From the NCBI RefSeq assembly GCF_006345805.1, contig NC_043007.1:30752001-30816000 (forward strand): DNA of 64,000 nucleotides, in the 5' to 3' direction. Shown piece by piece: positions 30,291 through 42,717 of this stretch; position 1 is the first letter of the stretch, and each line of letters starts with the position of its first letter. A model generated the notes under the pieces. It was not told where the DNA came from and did not search any database. It worked only from the letters and a program-made list of their open reading frames with translations. The position numbers and the translations under genes are program-made. The DNA comes from Octopus sinensis. Taxonomy: Eukaryota.

Positions 30291-30964
30291 GATGTGAAGC
30301 AGTGCAAGCATAATAATATCGAAAGAAATAGCTTCCCTCTCACATTTCCGAGCTCTTGTATGGCTTGCTCAAGATTACCTGATACGCGAGCAATTAGCCT
30401 CTAGCGATGAACATAGTAGCATGAAATTAATTCTTGATTAGCTTCTAATTATTGTTTAATTAATGTCAAATATCTAATAAGGACTATCGAGTAGATGCCT
30501 TCATATTACTTACTTACGCTTTACTCAGCAGAACGTGTGTATGTGTGTATGTGTCTGTGTGTCTGTGTGTGTGTGTGTGTGTGTCTGTGTGTGTGTGATG
30601 TTAGGGGTCAAATTGCACAAAGGGCAGTCGCTGATCAAATTTCGTTTCACATTGTCAGGTCCTCTATATTTGAACTCAGTAGCTTCTCTCCACTTACGCA
30701 GTTACAATCATTAGACGGTGGCCATGCAGGGGCACAGATTTTAAAGATCAGAATTATCAAGAGGCTGCCAAGCTTCAGCGCCGCCTTTAACGGACTTTAG
30801 TACATGTCTATCAAAGTGAACCGCTGGTTTATCGCGTCATTTTTTACCACTTCATCAAAAGAAAGCAAAAGTGAAAGTCGAACTGAGCGCAAAGCGAAAT
30901 AACTACCTCAGGACCACCTATGACAATGCTATTTTAGTTTGACACGCCCGTCTTTACGATCTAC

Positions 30965-31335
30965 AGCATATACGTGCATACACACTCATACATGCATACA
31001 CGCATACATACATGCATACACACATGCATACATACATATATATACATACGTGCATGCATACACACACATATACACATATACATACACACATACATGCATG
31101 CATACATACATACTTGCATACATACATGTGTACATATATACATACGTACATGCATGCATATATACGCACACGCATACACACATGCATACATATATATACA
31201 TATACATACATACGTGCATGCATACACACATGCACACACGCTACATATATGCATGCATACATACATACATACATACATACATACATACATACATACATAC
31301 ATACATACATACATACATACATACGTACGTACATA
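30965..31335. repeat. (CATA)n/(CATG)n compound microsatellite
   Basis: Directly visible. Confidence 0.95.
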
Positions 31336-31884
31336 AAACCTCTTCCACTTCGGTAGAAGTCCATCATGGATATTGGGTCATTCACTACAGTGTTTCAAAC
31401 GGGATTTTTAATATTGAATAGTGTTATAAAAACGTTTCCATCATTTGAATATACCCGAATTAAACATTTTTTTTTAATATTCCAAGAATCAACACTACAT
31501 GTGACTTCATGATTTCCTGACTAGGTTCAGCCAAAATGTTTTTGTTTGTTTGTTTTTTGCGTTATGTAAAAAATCTATTCATCAACAAAATCTTGCTTGA
31601 AACAGCTGTAAGGAATGAACCAAAATCCATCTTTTGTTATTTGTTTATTATTCACGTTTCTCGGAACGTGCAGTGTCCGTGAATCTGGGGTCTATCAAGT
31701 GCAGTGTGTGTTCCTAGGTTCAGCCTTGAAACTTGTGATATATTCAGTCGGGCGCTTGTGATCGTATTTGCAACTAGAATATTAATCCGTCTGTATTTTG
31801 GTATGTACATATATGTTACTCTAATTTTGTTTTTATACACGATTGCTATTTCCTTATACACGTTAAAATACGGTATATAAACGA

Positions 31885-32005
31885 TATTGAACCTCATCGG
31901 TACATATTTCCTGTTAAACCATATGAACAAGAATTTATTTAATCGTAATACAATCAATGTCAGTTATACTTGCAAAATCACCATCAAAAATATCTCATTG
32001 GAGGA
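31885..32005 (+). mobile_element. Probable Penelope-like remnant (region preceding the GIY-YIG domain)
   Basis: KNLFNRNTINVSYTCKITIKNI resembles the KIFN.NT.K.SYSC..N.K.II motif. Confidence 0.5.
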
Positions 32006-32167
32006 AAATTATTTTTCTTCTAGGTACAAGCCTAGAAATCAAGTTTGTCTTTCATTTTTCGGGGATCGATAGAATAAATAGTCAAGTACAAGCTTTGTAA
32101 ATCAACAAACACTATCCCCTTAAAATGGCTAAATATGTGACAAAATCAAACATTATTATTATTATTA

Positions 32168-32199
<32 letters not shown>

Positions 32200-32439
32200 T
32201 ATTATTATTATTATTGTTTGGCAGAATGGTTAACACGCCAGACCAAATGCTTAGCGGCACTTCTTCTGGATTTAGGTTCTGAGTTCAAATTCCGCCGAGG
32301 CCGTCTTATGTTTTTCATTTTCCGGGGGTGGATGAGACGTGTACCAGTCATGTACTGAAGTCGGTGCATTCGACTCTCCACTCCCCAAAATTTTAGATCT
32401 TGTGATTATATAAGAAAGGATTATTATTATTATCAGTTG

Positions 32440-32820
32440 GGGAATTGTAGCCAAATCTCCCTCAAATCTCATATATCTGTGTTTTAAAAGGGGAATGACA
32501 CATTACATAATATAGTCCTAGATGTACTTAACCTACATAAAAGACGGAATGGTCACGCATGGAACGTAATTCATAACAGGTTTGCTATATCAACGTTGAT
32601 CAAGGATAAAATACATCTCAAGCCAATGACAAAATACGTAACAGACCTGCTGAAAATAACAGCCAAATACGCATCAGACTATTCCATATTGTCTTAGAAT
32701 ACGAGAAACATTGTATGATGTAGTCCCAGATAGACTGAGCCTCAAAAAATGGTAACAGTTGAAACGTCTTTAGACCACAGCGAATAAACAGGACTTCCAC
32801 CACAAAGAGTTCCCACATGC
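32440..32820 (+). repeat. Short dispersed repeat family of about 150-190 bp, often head-to-tail (also about 43835, 44460, 50960-51400, 52660)
   Basis: Recurring agccaaatc..cctc..atca...aaa.gga..ac..tt..ataat..agtcc.agat...at ggtca..gctggaa...tt.gatca...gacctg motif. Confidence 0.6.
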
Positions 32821-33266
32821 TTAAAGATACGCTATGGGTTGTCTCTCTTGGTTACTCTGTTAAACGAAGATGGCGTTTGTTGCAATTCGTACGGTTTTTA
32901 TGACGGATCGACATATCTGAACTTTATCTTTTTAAAGTTTATTTTATGGAAATTTAATCATTGCAAAAGTTTGGATTTTATCTTTTTTTTTTTTACTTTA
33001 TTTTTTTTTTTAACCTTTGTTCTTGTCTGTTGCAATATAAAGGAATATAATGAACAACACTGCGGATGAGAGGTTTCAATCATTTTAATTAAGCCAGATC
33101 TAATTTTAGCAGTCAATTAACTGAAATCTTACATTCATATCAAAATGCATACAATGCATACATGTATGATGTGTGTGTGTGTATATATATATATATATAC
33201 ATATACACACACATATATAAATAGTGTGTATATATATGTATATATATATAAATATGTGTGTGTATA

Positions 33267-33299
<33 letters not shown>

Positions 33300-33314
33300 C
33301 ATACATACATACAT

Positions 33315-33393
<79 letters not shown>

Positions 33394-34791
33394 CATACAT
33401 ATACACGTACATATAGTACATATATATGTATGTGCTGTGTGTGTGTGTGTGTACATTTGTATAGCGTTTCCTTATTTTTTATTATTTCTAGTCTGTGGGA
33501 ATACAAAGAAAATATCCCCAGTCGGCCGGTCTGCTGGTAGGTGCCACCCCGCCATTTGTCTTAAGTAAATGATATTCAATCTTCAAGAAATAAAAAAAAA
33601 AGAAAATATTAATTATAAAACGACATACTTCCAGTTTCTTTTATTTATTTTTTTTTTGCTTTTTTCTATTTTTTCTATTTGTTTCGTTTTTGTTTTGTTT
33701 TTGTTTTTTTTTTTTTGCTGTTTGTTTTTGTAGCCTTTGGCAAAATAACGAAGTGGAAAACAAAACGAGGAGACGACGCTGCGAGTGAGAGGTGGCGCTC
33801 GGTTCCAATTAATAATGTCGAATCGAAAGGTTGTCTCACATACAAATGTGAGTCAGTCGGTTTTGTATAGTGCTTCATTGCGTATACATGCATACACACA
33901 CACACACACATACATATATTCATATACACACTTACGCACACACACATACATACACAGATACATTTGTACATACAATCATACACACACACATTCGTACACA
34001 CACTTACGCACACATACATGCACACACACATTCGTACATATATTCATATACACACTTACGCACACACACATACATACACAGATACATTTGTACATACATG
34101 CATACACACACACACACACATACATATATTCATATACACACTTACGCACACACACATACATACACAGATACATTTGTACATACAATCATACACACACATA
34201 CACACACGCACACGCACACACACGTTCGTACATACATTCATGCACACACTTACGCACACATATATACACACACACATTCGTACATACATGCATATACACA
34301 CATACGCACACACACACATACATACACACACATTCGTACATACATTCATATACACACATACGCACACATACATACACACATTCGTACATACATCATACAC
34401 ATACATATGTATGTATGAACCGGCGCAGGATTGGTTGTGTGTTAAGAAGCTTGCTTCCCAACCACATGGTTACGAGTTCAGTCCCACTGCGTGGCACCTT
34501 GGCCAAGTGTCTTCCACTACAACCTCGGACCGGCCAAAGCCTTGATAGTGAATATGGCGCACGGAAACTGAAAGAAGCCCGTCGTGTGTGTATGTCTGTC
34601 TGTCCTCCGCCACCGCTTGACAGCCTGTGTTGATGTTTACGTCCCCGTAAACCTAGCGGTTCGGTCAGAAAGACCGATAGAAAAAAAGACTTCAGACAAA
34701 AGTATTGGGGTCCCTTCTTTCGATTAAAAACTTCCTCCAGACGGTGCTCCAGCATGGCCGCAGACAAATGATGGAAACAAGTAAAATATTA

Positions 34792-34881
<90 letters not shown>

Positions 34882-35375
34882 TATATATATATACATATGC
34901 ACACGCACACACACACATCTTGATTTTGTTTTTTGTTTGAGGGGTTTTATTGTTGTTTGTTGTTTGTTGTTTCTTTTTTTTGTGAATATTAAATGTGTAT
35001 TGTGCGGAGGTGGGGGAGGGAAGGTCGGCGTGGCGGGGGTGTCGAAAAGATAATTAAATGTAATTATCTAACGTCTTCTGAATATGATTAAACGAGATCT
35101 AATCGGCTGAGATTAATCATCAATTTCAGGCAAGGATGCGCTAAAACATAAACACACACACACACACAGACACACACACTCACACACACACACACACTCA
35201 CACACACACACACACTCACACACACACACACACACACAAACACACGCACACTCACAAACACGCATATATATATATACACATACAAGCGTCGGCATATGTG
35301 AGTATGCGTGTGTGTGTATGTGTACGTGCGTATCTATGTAGCACATATATATATGTATGGATATATGTGTGTCCG

Positions 35376-35414
<39 letters not shown>

Positions 35415-35789
35415 TATATATATAAATATACATATACACACACTTACGTAAACGAATACAATGCATACGTAAATACATACACACATCTGCACACATGAAC
35501 ACGTATAAATATGGCGAACCAATCGTTTTGTCTCGGAATTGACAGCATCACATGATGAATGTGGGGGGGGGGCGATGGTGGAGGAGTAGAAACCCCTAAT
35601 GCGCCGTCCTAAATTGCTCAACTCAGTAAACGCTCCAACAGCATCGCTCTCCACCTTCTCTATGCTGAGTTCAAATTTGACCCTGGTATGTCAAAGAACT
35701 ACTAGTTATGTAATACTTTCAAAGAACTACCAGTTATGTAATACACACTCTGTGTGTGTGTGTGTGTGTGTGTGTTCTCTTCTGGTTTT

Positions 35790-36130
35790 AGTTATTTAAA
35801 TCCTTTCTCTGAAGAAGGAGCTGGTCTCTAACAAAGATACAAAGCTCCATCTTTGAAATGTTGATAACGAAAACAATGTCACATTTTTGACTTGAGAAAA
35901 GTCTTGCAGGGTTTTACTGTTCCACTTACGGAATGTGTTTATAATGTGCGAATCGGTTGATTTCCTTTTCTTGAAATCCAAGATTATCCGGATTATCGCT
36001 TAGGCATTTACTCACAAAACCAAACGCACCAATTATTATTGGTATAAAAGTGAATTTGTAATCCGGATAGAGAAGCTGGAGGTTTCTAAGCAGTTGTCAT
36101 CTTTCGCTTTGATTTTCAAAGAGATATTCA
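35790..36130 (-). mobile_element. 3' end of a non-LTR retroelement with restriction-like endonuclease (REL); 3' UTR-only copies at about 36340-36490, 42120-42235 and 42570-42683
   Basis: Reverse strand reads [26 protein letters not shown], followed by a shared 3' UTR (tgacattgttttcgtta...agaaaccagctcctt). Confidence 0.65.
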
Positions 36131-37099
36131 CATCAGCAAGACAGGTAACCTCTTTGACGGGACTTAGTTTTTTTCTGTCTGTCTGTCTGTCTGTCTGTCT
36201 GGATGGATGGATGGATGGATGGATGGATGGATGGATGGATGGATGGATGGATGGATGAACGGATGGATGGAGGGATGAATAGATAGATGGATAGATGGAT
36301 TGACAGACAGACAGACGGACTGATTGATTGATTCATGGATTGATTTACTTTCTTTTAATTTTTTGAAGTCTAACTTCAAGGAAACAAAAGCATCATCGCT
36401 GAAATTTGACTGCTATAATTGTTACATACTTAACTTGAGGAAAGTCTTGCATATTTTTATCGTTCCACTTATATGCATAGTGGCCGGCTTCTTTGCCTGA
36501 AAATCCTATTTTGTTTTTTTTTTTGTTTTTGATTTTTTTCAGATTGTCGCTTAGGCATTGACAAAAGTGACCTAGTCCAACATTAATTATGGGCTTAGAA
36601 GCGAATTTATAATCTGAGTAGAGGAGCTACTGGTTTCGAAGTCGCTGTCCATAGATATTTTTCTTCTCCCTAATTTTATAAGAGATGTTTACATCGACTG
36701 AGCAGCTAATTTCTTATGAGTTCACACGATGTTTTTTTTTCTGTCGCAAATATATCCGAGTTGATATATTTGTACTTCGTAGAAGTTTTAATGGCAATCT
36801 TCCATCCATATTACTTGTGTTGATTCCTATGCATTCAGTAACAGTATTATATTTTTCCCAGAGCAGCTTTTCCAAGGAATGGCATTGAATATTGCTTTAG
36901 TAACCTCAAGTCTCAATGGGGAGACGTACGTCTGTGTCCTCTACTAAACAGCGACATAATCGATCGGTCTTGTATCTAAGGACTTCACTGCCTTCCTTGT
37001 TCATCTGATATTTCGTAGCTATCGCTTTCTCTCGGATTGATGAAGCGTAACCTTCAAAATGTGACACGATGTAACGCTTACGTATGTATGTGCAGATTT

Positions 37100-37310
37100 G
37101 TATGTTTTATGTATGTATAATCATGCATATAGTTTTATATCTAGACATGCTCATATATATTTAAATGATAAACTTCTGGAAAGTTTTACAGATTTTTACC
37201 GTTCCAGTGATGAACTGGATCTGTAGTCTTCGAATTAGCTTTCTCCTTTCTGGTTTTGAGAAGCCTGATTTCTCAAGATTGATATTTAGGTAGTGTGTTA
37301 CATGTCCCCC
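37100..37310 (-). mobile_element. REL-type retroelement extreme 3' end, next to (TATG)n
   Basis: ORF 37161..37382 ends NLEKSGFSKPERRKLIRRLQIQFITGTVKICKTFQKF*. Confidence 0.65.
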
Positions 37311-37507
37311 TATGTATGTATGTATGTATGTATGTATGTATGTATGTATGTATGTATGTATGTATGTATGTATGGCTACCATTTACGGATTGAGTAAAGC
37401 CCTCATTGGGAGCATGCATGGGAGGCCAGGCGGGAAAACTATGCTTGTCATCGCCACGAATGCAGAAAACAAGTAAAAGAAGTTTAAGCGTCTTCCAACT
37501 TATCCTT

Positions 37508-37544
<37 letters not shown>

Positions 37545-37547
<3 letters not shown>

Positions 37548-37920
37548 TAATGCTTTCTACTTCCAGGTACAAGGCCTGAAATTTGGGGGATAATTTATTA
37601 CATCGACCCCAGTTCTCAGCTGAAAACAAAGCTGACCTCAGCGGAATCTAGATTCAGAACGTAAAGAGCCGAAGAAATACCTATTTTTATTTCTTTACTA
37701 CCCACAAGGGGCTAAACTCAGAGAGAACAAACAAGGACAGACAAACGGATTAAGTCGATTATATCGACCCCAGTGCGTAACTGGTACTTATTTAATCAAC
37801 CCCGAAAGGATGAAAGGCAAAGTCGACCTCGGCAGAATTTGAACTCAGAACATGAAGACGGAAGAAATACCGCCAAGCATTTCGCCCGGCGTGCTAACGA
37901 CTCTGCCACCTCCCCCGCCT
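37545..37920 (-). mobile_element. SINE family A dimer (also 47640-48050, 58760-59150, 61200-61600)
   Basis: Two cores joined by the linker ttgtgggtagtaaaga..aataggtatt, as at 2115-2528. Confidence 0.85.
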
Positions 37921-38538
37921 TAACATTAACAACAAAAACAACAACAATAACAATAATCCTTTCCACTAAAGGCACAAGGCCAGCAATTTTAGGGGAGGGG
38001 GAAAGTCGATTAGATCGATCCCCAGTACTCAACTGGTGCTTATTTTATCGACCCCGAAAAGACGAAAGGTAAAGTCGACCTCGGCGGAATTCGAGCTCAG
38101 AACATAAAGACAGACGAAACGCCGCTAAGCGTCGCCCCGCCTCTTACTGACAATGGCGAATAAAGTCAATGGACCTAAATTCTTATAGAAATAGGATTTG
38201 GCACCACAGATTCTTCGTCTCCGTATTTCTTCTCGTTTTATCCTTATACGTCTTGTATTTTCATTTCTTTTTACTTACATTTCTTGAAATTTCTGTAATA
38301 TCATCGCACATAACTTCATTATTTATTATTTATGGCCAACTTTGCAAGCTGGGGGTAACTTGCCAAATGGATTTAGGTAATTTCGGCTTAATGACGACAT
38401 GTGTGTATGTGTGTGCGTGTATGTGTACGTATGCAGTCATGTACATAGGTATGCGTATGTATGTATACAAATATTTGTATAAATATATATATACATGTAT
38501 TATATATTATAAATATATATATAATATATATATTACAC

Positions 38539-38569
<31 letters not shown>

Positions 38570-39550
38570 ATTATATATTACATATACACAAATCTATGTG
38601 TATACTTATACACGCATATACATACATCACTCTATTACCGGTTTCAGCTAGAGGTTGTGATCATGCTGGGGCACCGCTGTTTGGACTAATGATAGTATGT
38701 ATGCATGCATGTATGTATGAACGAGTAAATCCAATCCATTTAGTTTCGTACACAACGTTGATTGACACGAAATACATTTTTATTTCATTTATAGTTCAAC
38801 ATGATAGCTTTTAAATAGGTTCCCTTAATATTTATTACCTGTAACCAGCTTAATAGTAAGAAGTAACACTCTAAACAGATTTATGTAAATTAAAGGATAA
38901 AGATATACGTAACCGTAGATGAGGACAGCCAGGGTTCAAAACGATTGTAAAGTTTCAAATTTAAAAATATGGAACTCTACACTCGCATTTTTGTATTGGT
39001 AAGTGTTACAAAGTGGTTCACTCACGATTAAACCAATTTTAACACAGTAAATACGATAGCAATATATTTGTGAGAGAAAGAGGGGGTGAGAGGGAGGGAG
39101 ACAGAGGGAGAAAGCGAGTGTGTGCGTGTGCGAGCGCGCTGGATAAGGCTACTTGAGATTACGCGAGATTTTACAGGGCTTCAAATGTTGTTTTAGTTAT
39201 TAAGTATTCACGTAAGAAGCGGTAACTCGGGTTGGAACTTCTTTAATTCTTATTCTCTTTGCAGTGGAGTTGCACTTTCTTCTTCTTCTAAGTGTCGGTG
39301 GAAATTGGTAAAATGTCCAAGGATTTTGCGTTCAACAAAGTTTAATTACCCTATGCGGATACATTCACACGTGCCCTTCTATGGCTGTCCACAACAGGCG
39401 TCACAAGTCAGCAAAGATCCTTCTATGAGGTGCACAAAGGTTTTAAACGCATGAAGCACCCATTCTCAATGTTCGCCACTATCACGTGTGTGTATGTATA
39501 TGTGTGTGTGTGTATGTGTGTGTGTGTATGTGTGTGTGTATACACATACG

Positions 39551-39927
39551 CACATGTCAAAGTAGAATCACCTTGGTATCCTTATTAAAATACCTTGATT
39601 CTCCTGTATCCTGCAAATACTTTTGTGTGTGTCAATGTGTGTGTGTGTGTCAATGTGTGTGTGTGTGTATGTGTGTGTGTGTTTGTGTGTATACACATAC
39701 ACACATGTCAAAGTAGAATCACCTTGGTATCCTTATTAAAATACCGTGATTCTCCTGTATCCTGCAAATACTTTTGTGTGTGTCAATGTGTGTGTGTGTG
39801 TCAATGTGTGTGTGTGTGTATGTGTGTGTGTGTTTGTGTGTATACACATACACACATGTCAAAGTAGAATCACCTTGGTATCCTTATTAAAATACCGTGA
39901 TTCTCCTGTATCCTGCAAATACTTTTG
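39551..39927. repeat. Tandem repeat, 151-bp period, about 2.5-3 copies, embedded in (TG)n
   Basis: cacatgtcaaagtagaatcaccttggtatcc... starts at 39551, 39702 and 39853. Confidence 0.95.
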
Positions 39928-39944
39928 TGTGTGTGTGTGTGTGT

Positions 39945-39987
<43 letters not shown>

Positions 39988-40789
39988 TTCTTTATAACAA
40001 GTCATGATAATAGTATGGAAAGAAATTTCTTTCTGAGGTACCAACTTGATTCGAAGCTATCTTGAAACTAACTCACGTGAGATAAGCGAAGATTTCACAG
40101 ATTCTTTGCCTGAAAACAATGAAGATTCTAGCAGGATCGACTCCATTTAATGACGCTATCATCTTCACCTGAAGATTTCATCGGGAAGTAATTATTCGAG
40201 ATCAGTTTTCAGCAGGTGTTAACAATTTACTCCAGCAATACTTCCGTTATGATTATATATATATATCATATTTGCGTGCATGTTTTCCTCTACATATGTG
40301 TGTGTGCATACATACACACAAACACACACACACAAGCATCCATGTAAACGCATACACATCCGTCACATATTTGAGCTCATAATAAGCTCAGTTTATTCAC
40401 TGAGTTATACAGAGAAATGAGGTGCCGTAAACGTCAAACAATTTCGGGGACGTTGTTCCCTTCTAAAGCAGATGATGATCTGCGGGGCAGATCATCATCT
40501 CTTCCTCCCATTGACTTCCCCTGCACCACCTCACATCACATAACGTTAAACGTCTTTCATGGTGAGTATTTAACCTACCACCATATTCATGTATGCTTAT
40601 ACATTCCTTAATGTTGACTTCGTCACATCCTTTTCCATATCTATATACTGCACTTTTCGTATCTTTTTCATGCATTTTGTGTTTAAGATTATTTTCATGT
40701 ATACAAGTAGTTATAATATTTTATTCTTTTTCTTCGGATAAGTTGAAACAATCACTAAACTCTCTAGAACTTAATTCAACATCTTAGGA

Positions 40790-41070
40790 AAGTTTCTGCC
40801 AAGATATATCTGAGTTGCGTAAAATATGCCAAGACGCATCAAAACAATTTGAGTTGAAGAAAAAGGACAATGAAAGAATTATATCCTACAATCAACAGAC
40901 ACATTTCTCAAATCCCAGGCAACACCATCATCGTCCCCATTGTGATTTTATAGCAAAAACCATCTCAGGACTTGAATTACATTCGCGCATCCATCGCAAA
41001 TAGATGCAGCTTATTTTATCTTTTTAATCTTTTCCTTCAAACACTTATACGTCGAAATCGACAAGAGGGA
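40790..41070 (+). mobile_element. Older 3' fragment of the same RTE family
   Basis: caatttgagttgaag...cgtccccattgtga...catccatcgcaaa...cgtc.aaatcgac matches 13240-13487. Confidence 0.75.
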
Positions 41071-41169
41071 CCATCATATGTACGTTCGATTGTTCTTTTC
41101 ATTCTATTTCTGATTTTCGAGTAAATTTTGGCCATCCACCAACTTGGTAGTAAGGTAGTGAAGGACAGG

Positions 41170-41470
41170 ACCTTGTTTTAACCGTCATCCTTTAAATCTT
41201 AAGAACGTCTTGCAGATTTTTACAGTCCCAGATATTGTGACCAGTTGCTGCTTATGAATTAAGGATTTGCATTCTCTCCCCAAGCTCCTCAGCTCAGCCA
41301 TACTTTGCTCCAGACTGGCTGGTATGTATCCTGTTGCTCCAATAACAATAGGTATGGAGCTGAAAGCGTATCTTGGGGACTGGATTAGCAAACGCATCAA
41401 TGGTCCATAGATGTCCTCTTGTATCTTTCTAACCACATCGGTGTCCAGAGGGCAGCTGATTCCTACAGCA
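41170..41470 (-). mobile_element. REL-type retroelement C-terminal fragment
   Basis: ISCPLDTDVVRKIQEDIYGPLMRLL...IPIVIGATGYIP...ISGTVKICKTFLRF*, the same family as 37100 and 35790. Confidence 0.7.
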
Positions 41471-41826
41471 GAACATCTGACCGGTTGTGTCTTAATTTGG
41501 TGACCGTTTCAATTTTAAAGTTCCACTAAAATTCTTTTGATCCATTGGTCTCAATATGGTTTGTATTTTCTCTTTTGTTATCCGTTTCCTGACCGTTTTG
41601 GCCAATGCATTTTATATCTGAAAGACATTCTCTCAAAGTTGGCGGTTGTGTGGTAAGTAGCTTGCTAACCAACCACATGGTTCCGGGTTCAGTCCCACTG
41701 CGTGGCATCTTGGGCAAGTGTCTTCTGCTATAGCCCCGGGCTGACCAATGCCTTGTGAGTGGATTTGGTAGACGGAAACTGAAAGAAGCCTGTCGTATAT
41801 ATGTGTGTGTGTGTTTGTGTGTGTGT

Positions 41827-42683
41827 GATTGTCCCCCTAGCATTGCTTGACAACCAATGCTGGTGTGTTTACGTCCCCGTCACTTAGCGGTTCAGCAAAA
41901 AGAGACCGATAGAATAAGTACTGGGCTTACAAAGAATAAGTCCCGGGGTCGATTTGCTCGACTAAAGGCGGTGCCCCAGCATGGCCGCAGTCAAATGACT
42001 GAAACAAGTAAAAGAGTAAAAGAGTAATAATATGGCTGACGTCTTCGGTCTTGGACTTGCAGAGCCACCATTTGTTGTCTCTCGGCGTACATATTAGGTG
42101 TGTGTGGTTCTCTTCGGTTTTTAGTCATTTAAATTCTTCGTTTCAGGAAGGAGCTGGTTTCTAACGAAGTAACGAAGCGCCATCGTTGGAATGTAGTTAA
42201 CGAAAACAATGTCACATTTTTAATTTGCGCAAGTTGTGTGTGTGTGGTGTGTGTGTGTGTTTGTGTGTGTGTGTGATTGTCCCCCTAGCATTGCTTGACA
42301 ACCAATGCTGGTGTGTTTACGTCCCCGTCACTTAGCGGTTCAGCAAAAAGAGACCGATAGAATAAGTACTGGGCTTACAAAGAATAAGTCCCGGGGTCGA
42401 TTTGCTCGACTAAAGGCGGTGCCCCAGCATGGCCGCAGTCAAATGACTGAAACAAGTAAAAGAGTAAAAGAGTAATAATATGGCTGACGTCTTCGGTCTT
42501 GGACTTGCAGAGCCACCATTTGTTGTCTCTCGGCGTACATATTAGGTGTGTGTGGTTCTCTTCGGTTTTTAGTCATTTAAATTCTTCGTTTCAGGAAGGA
42601 GCTGGTTTCTAACGAAGTAACGAAGCGCCATCGTTGGAATGTAGTTAACGAAAACAATGTCACATTTTTAATTTGCGCAAGTT
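41827..42683. repeat. Tandem duplication, 448-bp period, (TG)n at all junctions
   Basis: gattgtccccctagcattgc...tttgcgcaagttg occurs at 41827-42235 and 42275-42683. Confidence 0.95.
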
Positions 42684-42686
42684 GTG

Positions 42687-42717
<31 letters not shown>

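Noticed and set aside
36027-36150. CCAAT plus TATAAAAG plus donor as a promoter
   Set aside because: These are the antisense reading of a retroelement coding fragment ([10 protein letters not shown]).
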